Positions 11,198 to 20,952 of a stretch of DNA of 64,000 bases are shown here, one piece after another. Source of the stretch: Acaryochloridaceae cyanobacterium VAR_48_metabat_390 (lineage in GTDB: Bacteria > Cyanobacteriota > Cyanobacteriia > Thermosynechococcales > Thermosynechococcaceae); contig JANPLU010000128.1 of NCBI GenBank assembly GCA_031422435.1, positions 32,001 to 96,000 on the forward strand, read 5' to 3'. A model generated the notes under the pieces. It did not search any database. It was not told the DNA's origin and saw only the letters and a list, made by a program, of their open reading frames with translations. Position 1 is the first letter of the stretch; every line of letters begins with the position of its first letter. The position numbers and the translations under genes were made by a program.

Positions 11198-11911
11198 CTA
11201 TATTTCCTGGGGTTTAGCCATCGCTAATATGCCCATCGTATCAACGGCGATCGCATAGTGACGCACTGCCTCAAAGCCTGCTTGAGTCGCCAACTCAACT
11301 TGCTCTATCCCTGTCGGAAATCGTGCAAGGCTGGTTTCTAGATAGGCATATTCTTCTTGGAGATCAAAGCGGCTGGCAATAGGCACCACAATCTGCCGTA
11401 AGTACCAGCGCTGAAACTGCTGCATAATTGCCGAGGTGGGGCGATTGAAATCTAAAATGGCGGCACTGGCACCTGGCTTCAGCACCCGATAGATTTCGCT
11501 GAGCGCCTTTGGGATATCGACGACATTTCTTAAACCGTAGCCCATCGTCAGCGCATCCACGGCATTATCGGGTAAAGGCAATACCAAAACATCAGCCTCA
11601 ATCCACTGGAGGGTATTTGCCCACGGCAGGGACTGGGCACGGGCTTTGGCAACTTCTAACTGCTTTGGCGAGAAATCAATGCCAATAAACTGCCCTTGAC
11701 CCCGCAGCGTCCGCGCGGTCATCAGGGTCAAATCCCCACTCCCGCAGCACAGATCTACGTTAACGCCATTGGGTTCGGGGTTAGCCCATCGAATCGCCAT
11801 TTGCTTCCAGACGCGGTGCTGGCCTAGGCTTAGCCATGCATTGAGCTGGTCATAGACAGGCGCAATGTCATCAAATAAAGCCTGAACCTGTTGGGAGAGA
11901 ACGGTGTCCAT
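11198..11911 (-). CDS. menG: Demethylphylloquinol/menaquinone methyltransferase (UbiE/MenG)
   Basis: FDDIAPVYDQLN, DLCCGSGD, GYGLRNV motifs. Confidence 0.9.
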   Translation of the reverse strand: MDTVLSQQVQALFDDIAPVYDQLNAWLSLGQHRVWKQMAIRWANPEPNGVNVDLCCGSGDLTLMTARTLRGQGQFIGIDFSPKQLEVAKARAQSLPWANTLQWIEADVLVLPLPDNAVDALTMGYGLRNVVDIPKALSEIYRVLKPGASAAILDFNRPTSAIMQQFQRWYLRQIVVPIASRFDLQEEYAYLETSLARFPTGIEQVELATQAGFEAVRHYAIAVDTMGILAMAKPQEI

Positions 11912-12150
11912 ACAAAATTACGTTTCTATAAGGTCTTATGGTCTCACTACTCCTGAATTTTGTCCGGAGTATTGCGAAAAAGGACTCCCTAATTGGATCT
12001 TTACTCTCTCCCTTAATGGCGTGAAAAATTTTCCTCAAGAATAGAATATCTTTTCTAAGCCGAAAGACTTCTGAGAATTAAGGCAGCTTTCTTAATATTT
12101 TGTTACATTAGTTAGTAGACAAAGCGTTATGCGTTCGTGCAGCTTACAGA

Positions 12151-12726
12151 TTGCCCCGACCTGCTTGCGCCATCAGCCATTTAGAGGATCTAGCAGTGAC
12201 GAAGCAAGCTACAAACTATTTGGTTGCTGTATTGCCCAATCGAATTGAGGCAGAGTCTGCTTATTTAGAGCTAAAAGAAGCTGATTTACCGATTGATCAG
12301 CTTGAAATTTTGGGGCGCGGCTATAAGACTGCCGATGAGTTTGGTCTCATTAACCCCAATAACGTAGCGGAGCAACTGACTGATCGGCTTGCCAATGGGG
12401 TGGTGCCCTTTGGGTTTGTAGCAGGCTACCTTTTTAATGTGCTGACGGGTATTGAGCTGATTGGCTGGATTGGCGCGTTTGGAAATCACGTTTTGGGCGG
12501 CATTTTTGCTGCTGCTGCCGCTGCACTGGGTTCTTTTTTGACCGGGACGCTAACAGGCTGGACAACGGGCAGTGGAGACGCGATCGCCTATCGTAACCGT
12601 CTCAACGCGGGGAAATATCTCATCATTGCGACTGGCACTCATGCCTTTATGCGAGAAGCCACAGGGCTACTGCGGCAGTACAACCTTGAAAATATTCAGG
12701 GCTATGTGGAGCAGGCTGAAGGATAG
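12151..12726 (+). CDS. Conserved hypothetical membrane protein
   Basis: Gly-rich hydrophobic core and YRNRLNAGKYLI C-terminal motif; true start may be later. Confidence 0.65.
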   Translation: MPRPACAISHLEDLAVTKQATNYLVAVLPNRIEAESAYLELKEADLPIDQLEILGRGYKTADEFGLINPNNVAEQLTDRLANGVVPFGFVAGYLFNVLTGIELIGWIGAFGNHVLGGIFAAAAAALGSFLTGTLTGWTTGSGDAIAYRNRLNAGKYLIIATGTHAFMREATGLLRQYNLENIQGYVEQAEG

Positions 12727-13064
12727 GCTCAAGGTTTCGGAGGGCTTTGAAAGGCAGGGACAGAGGTGCTGTCTTTCAAAGAGCAGCAGCGCCTCATTTT
12801 TAAAGCGGCTGTTGCTTAACTTGCCTACCTATGCAATGTTGGACGAAACCCCTTGGAAATTAGAGCGTCATGGGATGTCTGATGCCTTGCGGAACTTGAG
12901 GGCGGCAGCAGCGTGCTGAATGTATTCATGAAGATTCTGGTGTCGTTAATCCTTTGGAGTTAGCTGGGTACTATAAGAACTGTGATGGACGGACTCTGGG
13001 TAGCGATCGCCTCAGCATCAAAATCCTCCACCGCGAAGCGTTTTACTATTTCTAACCTCCTGCT

Positions 13065-13838
13065 ATGAACATCATTAGAGTTTGGGCAATTGGCACCAAC
13101 GTGTTTCGAGAGGTGTTTCGAGAGCGCGTCTTATATGTAGCGGCGCTATTTGGGGTGGCGCTGGTGGGCGCAGTTTTGCTTTTAAATGAGGTTTCAGGCG
13201 GGGCAGAAGGCAAAATTAGCTTAGATGTAGGGTTAGCTGGCATTGGCCTTTTGGGGCTGACGGTTGCAGCTTTTATGGGCGCAGGGCTGATTAACAAAGA
13301 AATTGAAAAAAAGACGGCGCTGGTGCTGATTGCCAAGCCCATGAGTCGGGCAGAATTTATTGTTGGCAAGCATTTGGGATTAACCAGCATTTTAGGCGTA
13401 CTGGTTATACTCATGAACCTCATGCTGTTTGGGGTGATGCTATGGCGCGGTATTCCGTTTTCTGTGGGGGCGCTAACGCTATCGGGGCTGTATTTGATTT
13501 TGGAGCTGTCGCTGCTGACGGCGGTGGCGCTGCTATTTGGGGTGTTTACCAGTTCTTTGGTTGCGACAATCCTGACGTTTGCGGTGTACTTTATGGGACA
13601 CTTTAGCCAAAATTTAGTCACCTTAAGCCAAACTATCAAGACAGAATCTGTCAAAAATATTGTGAAAGGGATTTATCTCTTTTTTCCTGATTTATCTCGG
13701 CTTGACCTTAAAAATCAGGCGGTCTATGGGCTGCTGCCAGATTCGGGCATTATGATGCTGAATGCAGGCTACGGCGTTATTTATATTGTGCTGCTGCTGG
13801 CGATCGCCAGTCTCATTTTTTCCAGACGAGAATTTTAG
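13065..13838 (+). CDS. ABC-2 type transporter permease
   Basis: Multiple TM helices; EIEKKT..LIAKPMSRAEFIVGK motif. Confidence 0.85.
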   Translation: MNIIRVWAIGTNVFREVFRERVLYVAALFGVALVGAVLLLNEVSGGAEGKISLDVGLAGIGLLGLTVAAFMGAGLINKEIEKKTALVLIAKPMSRAEFIVGKHLGLTSILGVLVILMNLMLFGVMLWRGIPFSVGALTLSGLYLILELSLLTAVALLFGVFTSSLVATILTFAVYFMGHFSQNLVTLSQTIKTESVKNIVKGIYLFFPDLSRLDLKNQAVYGLLPDSGIMMLNAGYGVIYIVLLLAIASLIFSRREF

Positions 13839-13883
13839 CCATCCTAAATAAAAGTTAGACTAGATAAAAATAGGCAAATGTAG

Positions 13884-14936
13884 ATGAACCAGGCATCACA
13901 AATCGAATTTCCAGGTGGTTCAAAATCAAGAGTGAATAAAGCTGGTGCGAATGTTCGACATAAATGTGCGACTTCTGAAGATTTGAATATAATTGATGAA
14001 TGGCGAGCAGCTCATCGAGCGGTTCTAAATACATTTCAGGCTAGTTTGCGCAATAGGACACGAGATACAGAAATTGTTGTAGCTCAACGCCACAAAAGGA
14101 AATCTACTATTTTTAACAAATTACATCGCTTTCCAGATATGCAACTGGCACGCATGGATGATGTTGCTGGTTGTAGATTAATTTTTTCTGATATCAATGA
14201 ACTTAATCAGTTTCGCAAAAAAATTCATAAGGCACGATTTCGGCATAAACGCCGTAATGACATTGATAAGTATGACTACATAAAGACACCAAAAAATGCA
14301 GGTTATAGAGGTATTCATGATGTCTATATTTATGATGTCAACTCTGAAGCAGGCAGACCCCTAAAAGGTTTGATGGTTGAGATACAGTATCGCACTAGAA
14401 TACAACATGCGTGGGCAACAGCCGTAGAGGTCATTGGTTATATTACTGAAAGCCAACCAAAGTTTCAAAAAGGAGATCAAAGATATCAAACTGCAATGGC
14501 ACTTACGAGTGAAATTCTAGCTCGGTCATTTGAAAACTCAAAAGGTTGTTTTCCACAAAAACCTGATATTGAGTTAGTCAAAGAGTTCTTAAGTCTGGAT
14601 GATGACCTAAGTCTATTAAAAAAATTGAGAGGTCTTAATGCTGCTGACACAGATATTACCGTCAATCGTAATGCTATTCTTATTATCTCAGAGTCTGGTG
14701 AGCTAGAAATAAAAACATACCGAGATTCTACTGAAGCCCTTCGTGAATTATTTCAGCTAGAAACAGATATGCCAACAAGTGATATTGTCCTTGTTAAAGC
14801 AGATAGCTCAGAAGATGTTCGCTTTGCATTTAAAAATTATTTTTCTGATGCTCAAGACTTTATTCATTTAGTTGAAGAAGGTTGTCAAAAACTTTCTGGA
14901 GTAGGTAATTCTCAAATAAATCGAATACATGAATAG
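13884..14936 (+). CDS. Standalone RelA/SpoT-domain (small alarmone synthetase-like) protein
   Basis: AQRHKR..TI..K, MDDVAGCR, GYRGIH, VEIQYRT..QHAWA synthetase motifs; AT-rich relative to neighbours. Confidence 0.88.
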   Translation: MNQASQIEFPGGSKSRVNKAGANVRHKCATSEDLNIIDEWRAAHRAVLNTFQASLRNRTRDTEIVVAQRHKRKSTIFNKLHRFPDMQLARMDDVAGCRLIFSDINELNQFRKKIHKARFRHKRRNDIDKYDYIKTPKNAGYRGIHDVYIYDVNSEAGRPLKGLMVEIQYRTRIQHAWATAVEVIGYITESQPKFQKGDQRYQTAMALTSEILARSFENSKGCFPQKPDIELVKEFLSLDDDLSLLKKLRGLNAADTDITVNRNAILIISESGELEIKTYRDSTEALRELFQLETDMPTSDIVLVKADSSEDVRFAFKNYFSDAQDFIHLVEEGCQKLSGVGNSQINRIHE

Positions 14937-14971
14937 TCTATTTTCTAAAATCATGTCCCCTATTGGCTTTC

Positions 14972-15065
14972 GTCTAAAAAGCGCGTGCACACGGAACGGC
15001 GGCATACGCTATCGGTTAGTTATGATGCAAACATTATTTCCAGCCGATGACACGCCAGCCGGGGC
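14972..15065 (+). mobile_element. Decayed integron attC-like site
   Basis: GTCTAAA-AA-GCGCGT(G)CAC(A)CGG ... CCGATGACACGC-CAGCCGGGGC: arms pair once the two attC-type extrahelical bases are looped out; both R boxes degenerate. Confidence 0.5.
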
Positions 15066-15095
15066 TAAAATCCTAAAGATTCATCAAATATTTCG

Positions 15096-16805
15096 CTAAA
15101 ACAAGAAATATCGCTGTGCCATTGGTAAAACCGTCGCGGGTTCGCAGGTAAGCAATTCACCATCGGCACGCACCTCATAGGTTTCTGGATTGACCTCCAT
15201 GTGGGGCATCGCGCTGTTGAGCTTCATATCGCGCTTAGTTAACTTACGAATCCCCGAGACGGCAACCGCTTTCTTTTGCAGATTCAGCTTTTCAGGCACA
15301 CCGCGCTTGAACGCCGCCTTTGAAACAAAGGTCAAAGAGGTTGCCGCCATTGCGCTGCCGTAGCTACCAAACATCGGGCGCATGTGGACAGGCTGCGGCG
15401 TAGGGATACTGGCATTGGCATCACCCATCTGCGCCCAGGCAATCATGCCGCCCTTCAGCACCATCTCTGGCTTAACCCCAAACATCGCAGGTCGCCAGAG
15501 ACAGAGATCGGCTAGTTTACCCACCTCAATCGAACCTACATAGTTGGAGATGCCGTGAGTAATAGCCGGATTAATCGTGTACTTTGCCACATACCGCTTG
15601 GCACGGAAATTATCATTGCGCTCAGAATCTTGAGCAAGTGCCCCCCGCTGCACCTTCATTTTGTGCCCCGTCTGCCAGGTGCGAATAATCACCTCGCCAA
15701 TGCGTCCCATCGCCTGGGAATCTGACGAAATCATGCTGAAAGCACCCAGGTCATGGAGGATGTCTTCAGCGGCAATGGTTTCACGGCGGATACGAGATTC
15801 CGCAAAGGAAATATCTTCAGGGATATTGGGGTCAAGGTGATGACACACCATGAGCATATCCAGATGCTCGTCTAAGGTATTGAGGGTGTAAGGTCGGGTG
15901 GGGTTGGTAGAAGAAGGTAACACATTCGCCTCAGCACAGACCTTAATAATGTCTGGCGCATGACCGCCCCCTGCCCCTTCGGTGTGATAAGTGTGAATGA
16001 CGCGCCCTTTAAACGCGGAGATCGTGTCTTCTACAAACCCAGATTCGTTGAGGGTATCGGAGTGGATGGCAACCTGTACATCGTAGTCATCCGCCACGCT
16101 GAGGCAGGTGTCGATCGCAGCGGGGGTCGTGCCCCAATCTTCATGGAGCTTAAGGCCGATTGCACCTGCTTCAACCTGTTCTTCAAGGCCAGCGGGTTGG
16201 GCGCTGTTGCCTTTGCCTAAAAAGCCAATGTTCATCGGGAAAGAATCTGCCGCCTGAAGCATCCGGTGCATATACCAAGGGCCAGGGGTGCAGGTGGTGG
16301 CGCTGGTACCTGCCGCCGGGCCTGTACCGCCGCCAATCATAGTGGTAATACCAGAGGCGATCGCCACTTCAATTTGCTGTGGGCAAATAAAGTGAATGTG
16401 AGTATCAATGCCGCCAGCGGTAAGGATCAGCCCTTCTCCAGCGATCGCCTCGGTACCAGGGCCAATAATGATGTTGATGTTGTCTTGAATATAGGGGTTG
16501 CCTGCTTTACCGATCGCCGCAATTTGCCCGTCTTTAATGCCAATATCGGCTTTGACAATGCCCCACCAGTCCAAAATGAGGGCGTTAGTAATGACCGCAT
16601 CGACGGCACCATCTTTATTGGTGATGGGCGATTGCCCCATGCCGTCGCGGATGACCTTACCGCCGCCGAACTTCACCTCATCGCCGTAGGTAGTGTAGTC
16701 CTGCTCAACCTCAATGAAGAGTTCTGTGTCTGCTAAACGAATGCGATCGCCGACGGTTGGTCCAAAGGTATCCGCGTAGGCACGGCGACTCATGCGATAA
16801 CTCAT
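15096..16805 (-). CDS. ureC: Urease alpha subunit
   Basis: [40 protein letters not shown]. Confidence 0.98.
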   Translation of the reverse strand: MSYRMSRRAYADTFGPTVGDRIRLADTELFIEVEQDYTTYGDEVKFGGGKVIRDGMGQSPITNKDGAVDAVITNALILDWWGIVKADIGIKDGQIAAIGKAGNPYIQDNINIIIGPGTEAIAGEGLILTAGGIDTHIHFICPQQIEVAIASGITTMIGGGTGPAAGTSATTCTPGPWYMHRMLQAADSFPMNIGFLGKGNSAQPAGLEEQVEAGAIGLKLHEDWGTTPAAIDTCLSVADDYDVQVAIHSDTLNESGFVEDTISAFKGRVIHTYHTEGAGGGHAPDIIKVCAEANVLPSSTNPTRPYTLNTLDEHLDMLMVCHHLDPNIPEDISFAESRIRRETIAAEDILHDLGAFSMISSDSQAMGRIGEVIIRTWQTGHKMKVQRGALAQDSERNDNFRAKRYVAKYTINPAITHGISNYVGSIEVGKLADLCLWRPAMFGVKPEMVLKGGMIAWAQMGDANASIPTPQPVHMRPMFGSYGSAMAATSLTFVSKAAFKRGVPEKLNLQKKAVAVSGIRKLTKRDMKLNSAMPHMEVNPETYEVRADGELLTCEPATVLPMAQRYFLF

Positions 16806-16909
16806 GGAAACTCCTCACAAATGCAGGTTTGGGGGTGGCGCTGTTTTTCTCTCCCCAGAATAAAGGATTTCTGAGTCAGTGCTGTAGGCTAGCCATCAAT
16901 TTGCTGCTG

Positions 16910-17551
16910 CTACTGCTGAGCGATATCTGTTGTCTCTCCCCACACTTGCGCCAACCGCTGATCGCGTCCACAGGCAAAGCGATAAAAGCGGTACTTGAGC
17001 GCGTTGGTTTCGTAATAGTTTTGGTGATAGTCTTCTGCGGGGTAAAACTCACTTGCCGCAACAATCTCGGTTGCAATGGGCTGGATGCCAGACTGTTCTA
17101 ACGTCTTTTTAGACTGCTGTGCCTGCTTGCGCTGCGCTTCATCGTAGAAAAAGACGCTAGAGCGATACTGAGAACCGCGATCGCAGAACTGACCGCCCCC
17201 ATCAAGTGGATCGACGTTGTGCCAAAACACATCCAAAAGCTTCTCGTAACTTACTTGCGTCGGGTCATAGACCACCTGCACAGATTCTGCGTGACCCGTT
17301 GTACCAGAAGATACCTGACGATAGCTGGGGCGTTCTGTTTGACCACCTGTGTAGCCGGATGTTGTGGAGACGACTCCAGCCAATACATCAAAGGGTTTTT
17401 CCATGCACCAAAAGCATCCGCCAGCAAAGGTTGCTTTGGCTAAGGTTGGAACGGACTCTTGGGGCATAGCGATCGCCTCTGGATGCCAGAACCCTAATAA
17501 AGTTGACAGCATCAGCAATAGAGCAATACAGCGTTTTAAGTTAAATTTCAT
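16910..17551 (-). CDS. msrA: Peptide-methionine (S)-S-oxide reductase with signal peptide
   Basis: FAGGCFWC, GYTGG, FYPAEDYHQNY. Confidence 0.95.
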   Translation of the reverse strand: MKFNLKRCIALLLMLSTLLGFWHPEAIAMPQESVPTLAKATFAGGCFWCMEKPFDVLAGVVSTTSGYTGGQTERPSYRQVSSGTTGHAESVQVVYDPTQVSYEKLLDVFWHNVDPLDGGGQFCDRGSQYRSSVFFYDEAQRKQAQQSKKTLEQSGIQPIATEIVAASEFYPAEDYHQNYYETNALKYRFYRFACGRDQRLAQVWGETTDIAQQ

Positions 17552-17645
17552 TTAATGGCTCATAGTTCGTTTTCAAGCTTTTGTGACTGAGTACAGTCAA
17601 AGATCCTGTTTCAATCTATACGCCATGGAGTTGGCCTCTTTGAGG

Positions 17646-18068
17646 CTAAAGACTCAATAACAACGTTTCCGTTGTCCAGGTCGCAATCCCACACCCCAAA
17701 AAATCAGCATCCAAAGTCCAAATTGCAGCATCCACTGCCAAGGCGAGCGCCACAGTCGGCCAATCATGAGGATCACGCGGAATTCTTAAAAGCGCTTGTT
17801 CTTTCCATGCACCATAAATCTCTTCAGGAATCAGTCGAGCCTTTGCCTGTGCCAGATTAAATGCAGTTTCGAGCAGTGTCTCACCCGTTGCAGCACTAAA
17901 CTTATCCTGCTTGATCATTGCCTGTATTCTTTTGCGGAGTTCATGCTGCGCCTTACTCCAAGCGGCTTCAGCGACAAATAACTCCAACGTCTCATGGGCA
18001 ATCAATAGCCGTCCTCTATTGCGAATGAGTTCTGCCACAAAAATATTGGCATCCACTACCAACCGCAC
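17646..18068 (-). CDS. PIN-domain (VapC-like) toxin
   Basis: LVVDANI, RDPHDWP..ALA, IWTLDADF acidic PIN motifs. Confidence 0.88.
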   Translation of the reverse strand: MRLVVDANIFVAELIRNRGRLLIAHETLELFVAEAAWSKAQHELRKRIQAMIKQDKFSAATGETLLETAFNLAQAKARLIPEEIYGAWKEQALLRIPRDPHDWPTVALALAVDAAIWTLDADFLGCGIATWTTETLLLSL

Positions 18069-18069
18069 A

Positions 18070-18318
18070 CTAACCTTCCGCAGCCGATAAATTCAAAATC
18101 TGACTCAGGCTTTCTTCATCTAAACCGCTTTCAACTAGAGATTTATCAATTGCCAACTCAAGCTTTGCTAGCGCCGCTTTGATTTCTGTCTCTTCCGAAG
18201 CCAGCACCGGAATATAAAACCCCACAACTTTGTTATGGCGCTTGATCGCCACAGCTTCCTTTGCCGCAAGATAGTGCGTGGCCCTATCTCTAAATTCACG
18301 GATGCCGATTGCTTTCAT
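18070..18318 (-). CDS. Phd/YefM-like antitoxin
   Basis: IGIREFRD..AIKRHNKVVG Phd-type pattern; directly upstream of the PIN gene. Confidence 0.8.
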   Translation of the reverse strand: MKAIGIREFRDRATHYLAAKEAVAIKRHNKVVGFYIPVLASEETEIKAALAKLELAIDKSLVESGLDEESLSQILNLSAAEG

Positions 18319-18392
18319 GAGTTTGTGGTCACTTTGTGGTCATATTTTAACACCCGAAGCTTTAAACATGTGTGCGGTGACTTTGACACAGA

Positions 18393-18905
18393 TTAACCGC
18401 AATTAAGCGTTTCGCGCGTGTTTCGTCCTGTTGTTGAGTTTGTGCCCTCAGCGACTTTGCAAAGTGCAGCCTGTACCGTATCGGTCAAATCCACGTCGGT
18501 AAAATCTGCGCCCGTGATGATGGCACCCTGAAATTGAGCGCTATACACAAACGCACCTTCTAAAATAGCGTTGGTTAAATTAGCCTGCACCAATCGCGCT
18601 GAATCTAAGGTGGCAACACTCAGGTTAACGCCTTCTAAATTTGTATCTTCAAGGTTTGCCCCAAAAAAGCTGACCCCGCTGAGGTTAGACCCTTTAAAGG
18701 TTGAGTTTTTGAGATTGGCTTTGGTAAAGTTTGCGTCGGTTAAATTTTTGCCGGAGAAATCAGCATTGAGCAAAATCTCTTTGGTATAGTCATCTGCCCA
18801 AGCAGGGCTAACCCAGCTCAGCCACAGCAAAATGCTTAACCCCGATACAAAGAGCCAGCTTACCCAATGCTTTAACCCAACACGTTGCATAACCTGATGC
18901 AGCAT
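18393..18905 (-). CDS. Pentapeptide repeat protein (lumenal type)
   Basis: Signal peptide ending PAWA; A(N/D)(L/F)xx repeats; LC..A.GTN..TG..TRETL.C ending. Confidence 0.9.
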   Translation of the reverse strand: MLHQVMQRVGLKHWVSWLFVSGLSILLWLSWVSPAWADDYTKEILLNADFSGKNLTDANFTKANLKNSTFKGSNLSGVSFFGANLEDTNLEGVNLSVATLDSARLVQANLTNAILEGAFVYSAQFQGAIITGADFTDVDLTDTVQAALCKVAEGTNSTTGRNTRETLNCG

Positions 18906-19059
18906 AAAGGCGTCCTGATATACGTTCTATGGGTTGGCGATATTGCCCCTTCTCGCTTGGGGGCAATCTTATTTTATGGGCGATCGCCCCATTTACCGTT
19001 CAAGCCTCAACAGAAATTAGAATACCTTTATCATCCTTGTCCAAAGGTATATGTAACTT

Positions 19060-20349
19060 ATGAAGCTCAGCCTCAATGAGCAGCAGAGCGCAGCGGTTAA
19101 GCAAATGAAGCAATTTCTGGCTTCAGAGGCAGATCTATTTTTGCTCCAGGGTTTTGCAGGGACGGGCAAAACCACTACAATTCAGTCCTTTATCCGTGAT
19201 GCTCAAGTAACGCAAAAGAGAATCAAGGTTGCCTTGACTGCCCCCACCAACAAAGCCGTTAAGGTACTGTCACGAATGGCAAACGAGTGGGATCTGCAAT
19301 GGGTAGATACAATGACCATCCATCAGCTTTTAGGGCTAATGCTCAAGCCCAGTCGGGATGGTGGCATGAAGCTAGAACACAAAGGCATAGACTATCTGCC
19401 CCGCTACGACCTCATCGTGCTAGACGAAGCCTCTATGGTCAATCAAGAGCTGTGGATGCACATCATGTTTGGGCTTGCCCACTGCAATAGGGTAAAACTC
19501 ATCTGCATGGGAGATCCGGCCCAGCTCCCGCCGATTGGGGAACCCGCCTCTCAGGTGTTTGACATTACCGACAGAGCTGAGCTAACGGACGTGGTGCGTC
19601 AGGCCAAAGATAACCCGATCGCAGAACTCGTTGATGTGGCAAGGCAGGCCGTCTACAATCCGGCGGTAGTTATTCCCAAAGAGTCTCAGCAAAACCTTGA
19701 TAAAGGCGTTTGGTGGATTAATCGTTCAGAATGGCTGCATCATTTGGTTGCAGCTTTTAAATCAGAGGGGTTTCAATCTGATGCGGATCATGTGCGCGCT
19801 TTAGCCTGGACGAATCGAGAATGTGATTGGCTCAACCATTATGTGCGCTCTAGCATTTATGAGCCGGACGTTGAACCCTATGTTGAAGGGGAACTGCTCA
19901 TTGCCCGAGAGCCGATCTTTCAAGAAGATGAAATTGTGTTGCCAACGTCCACTGAATGTCGCGTGTTTAGCGTGGGGCGATCGCATCGAGGGGGGTATCG
20001 GTGCTGGAATTTAGAGGTGATTTCAGACGAGGGGGGAACCTATGATTTTGAGGTGCTGCACCGCAGTGAACGCGATCGCTACCGTCAAAACCTAGCCCAA
20101 CTAGAGCAGCAGGCGCGCCAGCACTGGACAAAACCCAACTGGAAAGCCTATTTTGCCCTCAAGCAGCAGTTTGCCTATCTAGATTATGGGTACGCGATTA
20201 CAACCCATAAAAGCCAAGGCAGCACTTTTCAAAATGTGTTTGTTGTAGACCAAGATATTGACTGCAACCCGAACCGAGATGAGGCGGCTCAATGTCGCTA
20301 TGTAGCTTACTCTAGAGCTGCAAAGCGTTTGTTCAATACGCTGCAATGA
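19060..20349 (+). CDS. SF1B DNA helicase (Dda/RecD-like)
   Basis: GFAGTGKT, APTNKA, DEASM, GDPAQLPP, YAITTHKSQGST, YVAYSRA. Confidence 0.88.
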   Translation: MKLSLNEQQSAAVKQMKQFLASEADLFLLQGFAGTGKTTTIQSFIRDAQVTQKRIKVALTAPTNKAVKVLSRMANEWDLQWVDTMTIHQLLGLMLKPSRDGGMKLEHKGIDYLPRYDLIVLDEASMVNQELWMHIMFGLAHCNRVKLICMGDPAQLPPIGEPASQVFDITDRAELTDVVRQAKDNPIAELVDVARQAVYNPAVVIPKESQQNLDKGVWWINRSEWLHHLVAAFKSEGFQSDADHVRALAWTNRECDWLNHYVRSSIYEPDVEPYVEGELLIAREPIFQEDEIVLPTSTECRVFSVGRSHRGGYRCWNLEVISDEGGTYDFEVLHRSERDRYRQNLAQLEQQARQHWTKPNWKAYFALKQQFAYLDYGYAITTHKSQGSTFQNVFVVDQDIDCNPNRDEAAQCRYVAYSRAAKRLFNTLQ

Positions 20350-20502
20350 TTTCAGCTAGACGCTCAAATTTAATAACGTCTAAATGCTTAGAAAACTCCT
20401 CATGGACGTAAGGGCGAGTTTAGCTGATCCTGCACTGGAAAACCCTAGATTTATCGTCAAAACCTGCCCCTACAGAACCTGGATGTTATTTAACTTTCGT
20501 TC

Positions 20503-20706
20503 CTAAGGTTTATCTTCAGTGTCAATTTTAGGCAGATAGCCAGGACGCTCTTTGCCTTCCCACCCGACGGGGCGTTTGGAGTTGTAGAACGCAAGTGACC
20601 CCAAAGATACCGCCGCAAAAAAGCCCAGGGCTAACACCCCATAGAACGCATACAGAGAATGCGAACCCGTTCCGGTCAAAGTCGTCAAGTCAAAGGCAAA
20701 AAGCAT
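20503..20706 (-). CDS. psb35: Photosystem II assembly protein Psb35
   Basis: TM helix followed by GSLAFYNSKRPVGWE motif. Confidence 0.8.
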   Translation of the reverse strand: MLFAFDLTTLTGTGSHSLYAFYGVLALGFFAAVSLGSLAFYNSKRPVGWEGKERPGYLPKIDTEDKP

Positions 20707-20839
20707 AATGGCAGAATCCAGCACTGAAACGCTAGAAATAATGATTGTATTTAGAATACTCGGTTTTTGAAGGCGGTGGTGCACGACCTTACTCAGTAAA
20801 TAGCGTTTTTTTGAGGTTTCAACTTTTGAGAGCTACGAC

Positions 20840-20917
20840 TTGACACCATAAAAGAGCGATACTAGACTTAGCGGGTGCCAGATTGTTATGCCTAGCTATG
20901 GCGCTAGATATAGAACT
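20840..20917 (+). promoter_or_regulatory. Sigma70 promoter of the RNR operon with two putative NrdR boxes
   Basis: TTGACA(20840-45)-17 bp-TAGACT(20863-68); ACTAGACTTAG and GCTAGATATAG resemble the NrdR box core CwAtATaTwG. Confidence 0.6.
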
Positions 20918-20952
20918 TCACTCTCATTACATTTAGCCCTAAAGATAGTCCT

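Noticed and set aside
15096..16805. ureC without ureAB as an anomaly
   Set aside because: Urease genes are commonly dispersed in cyanobacterial genomes.
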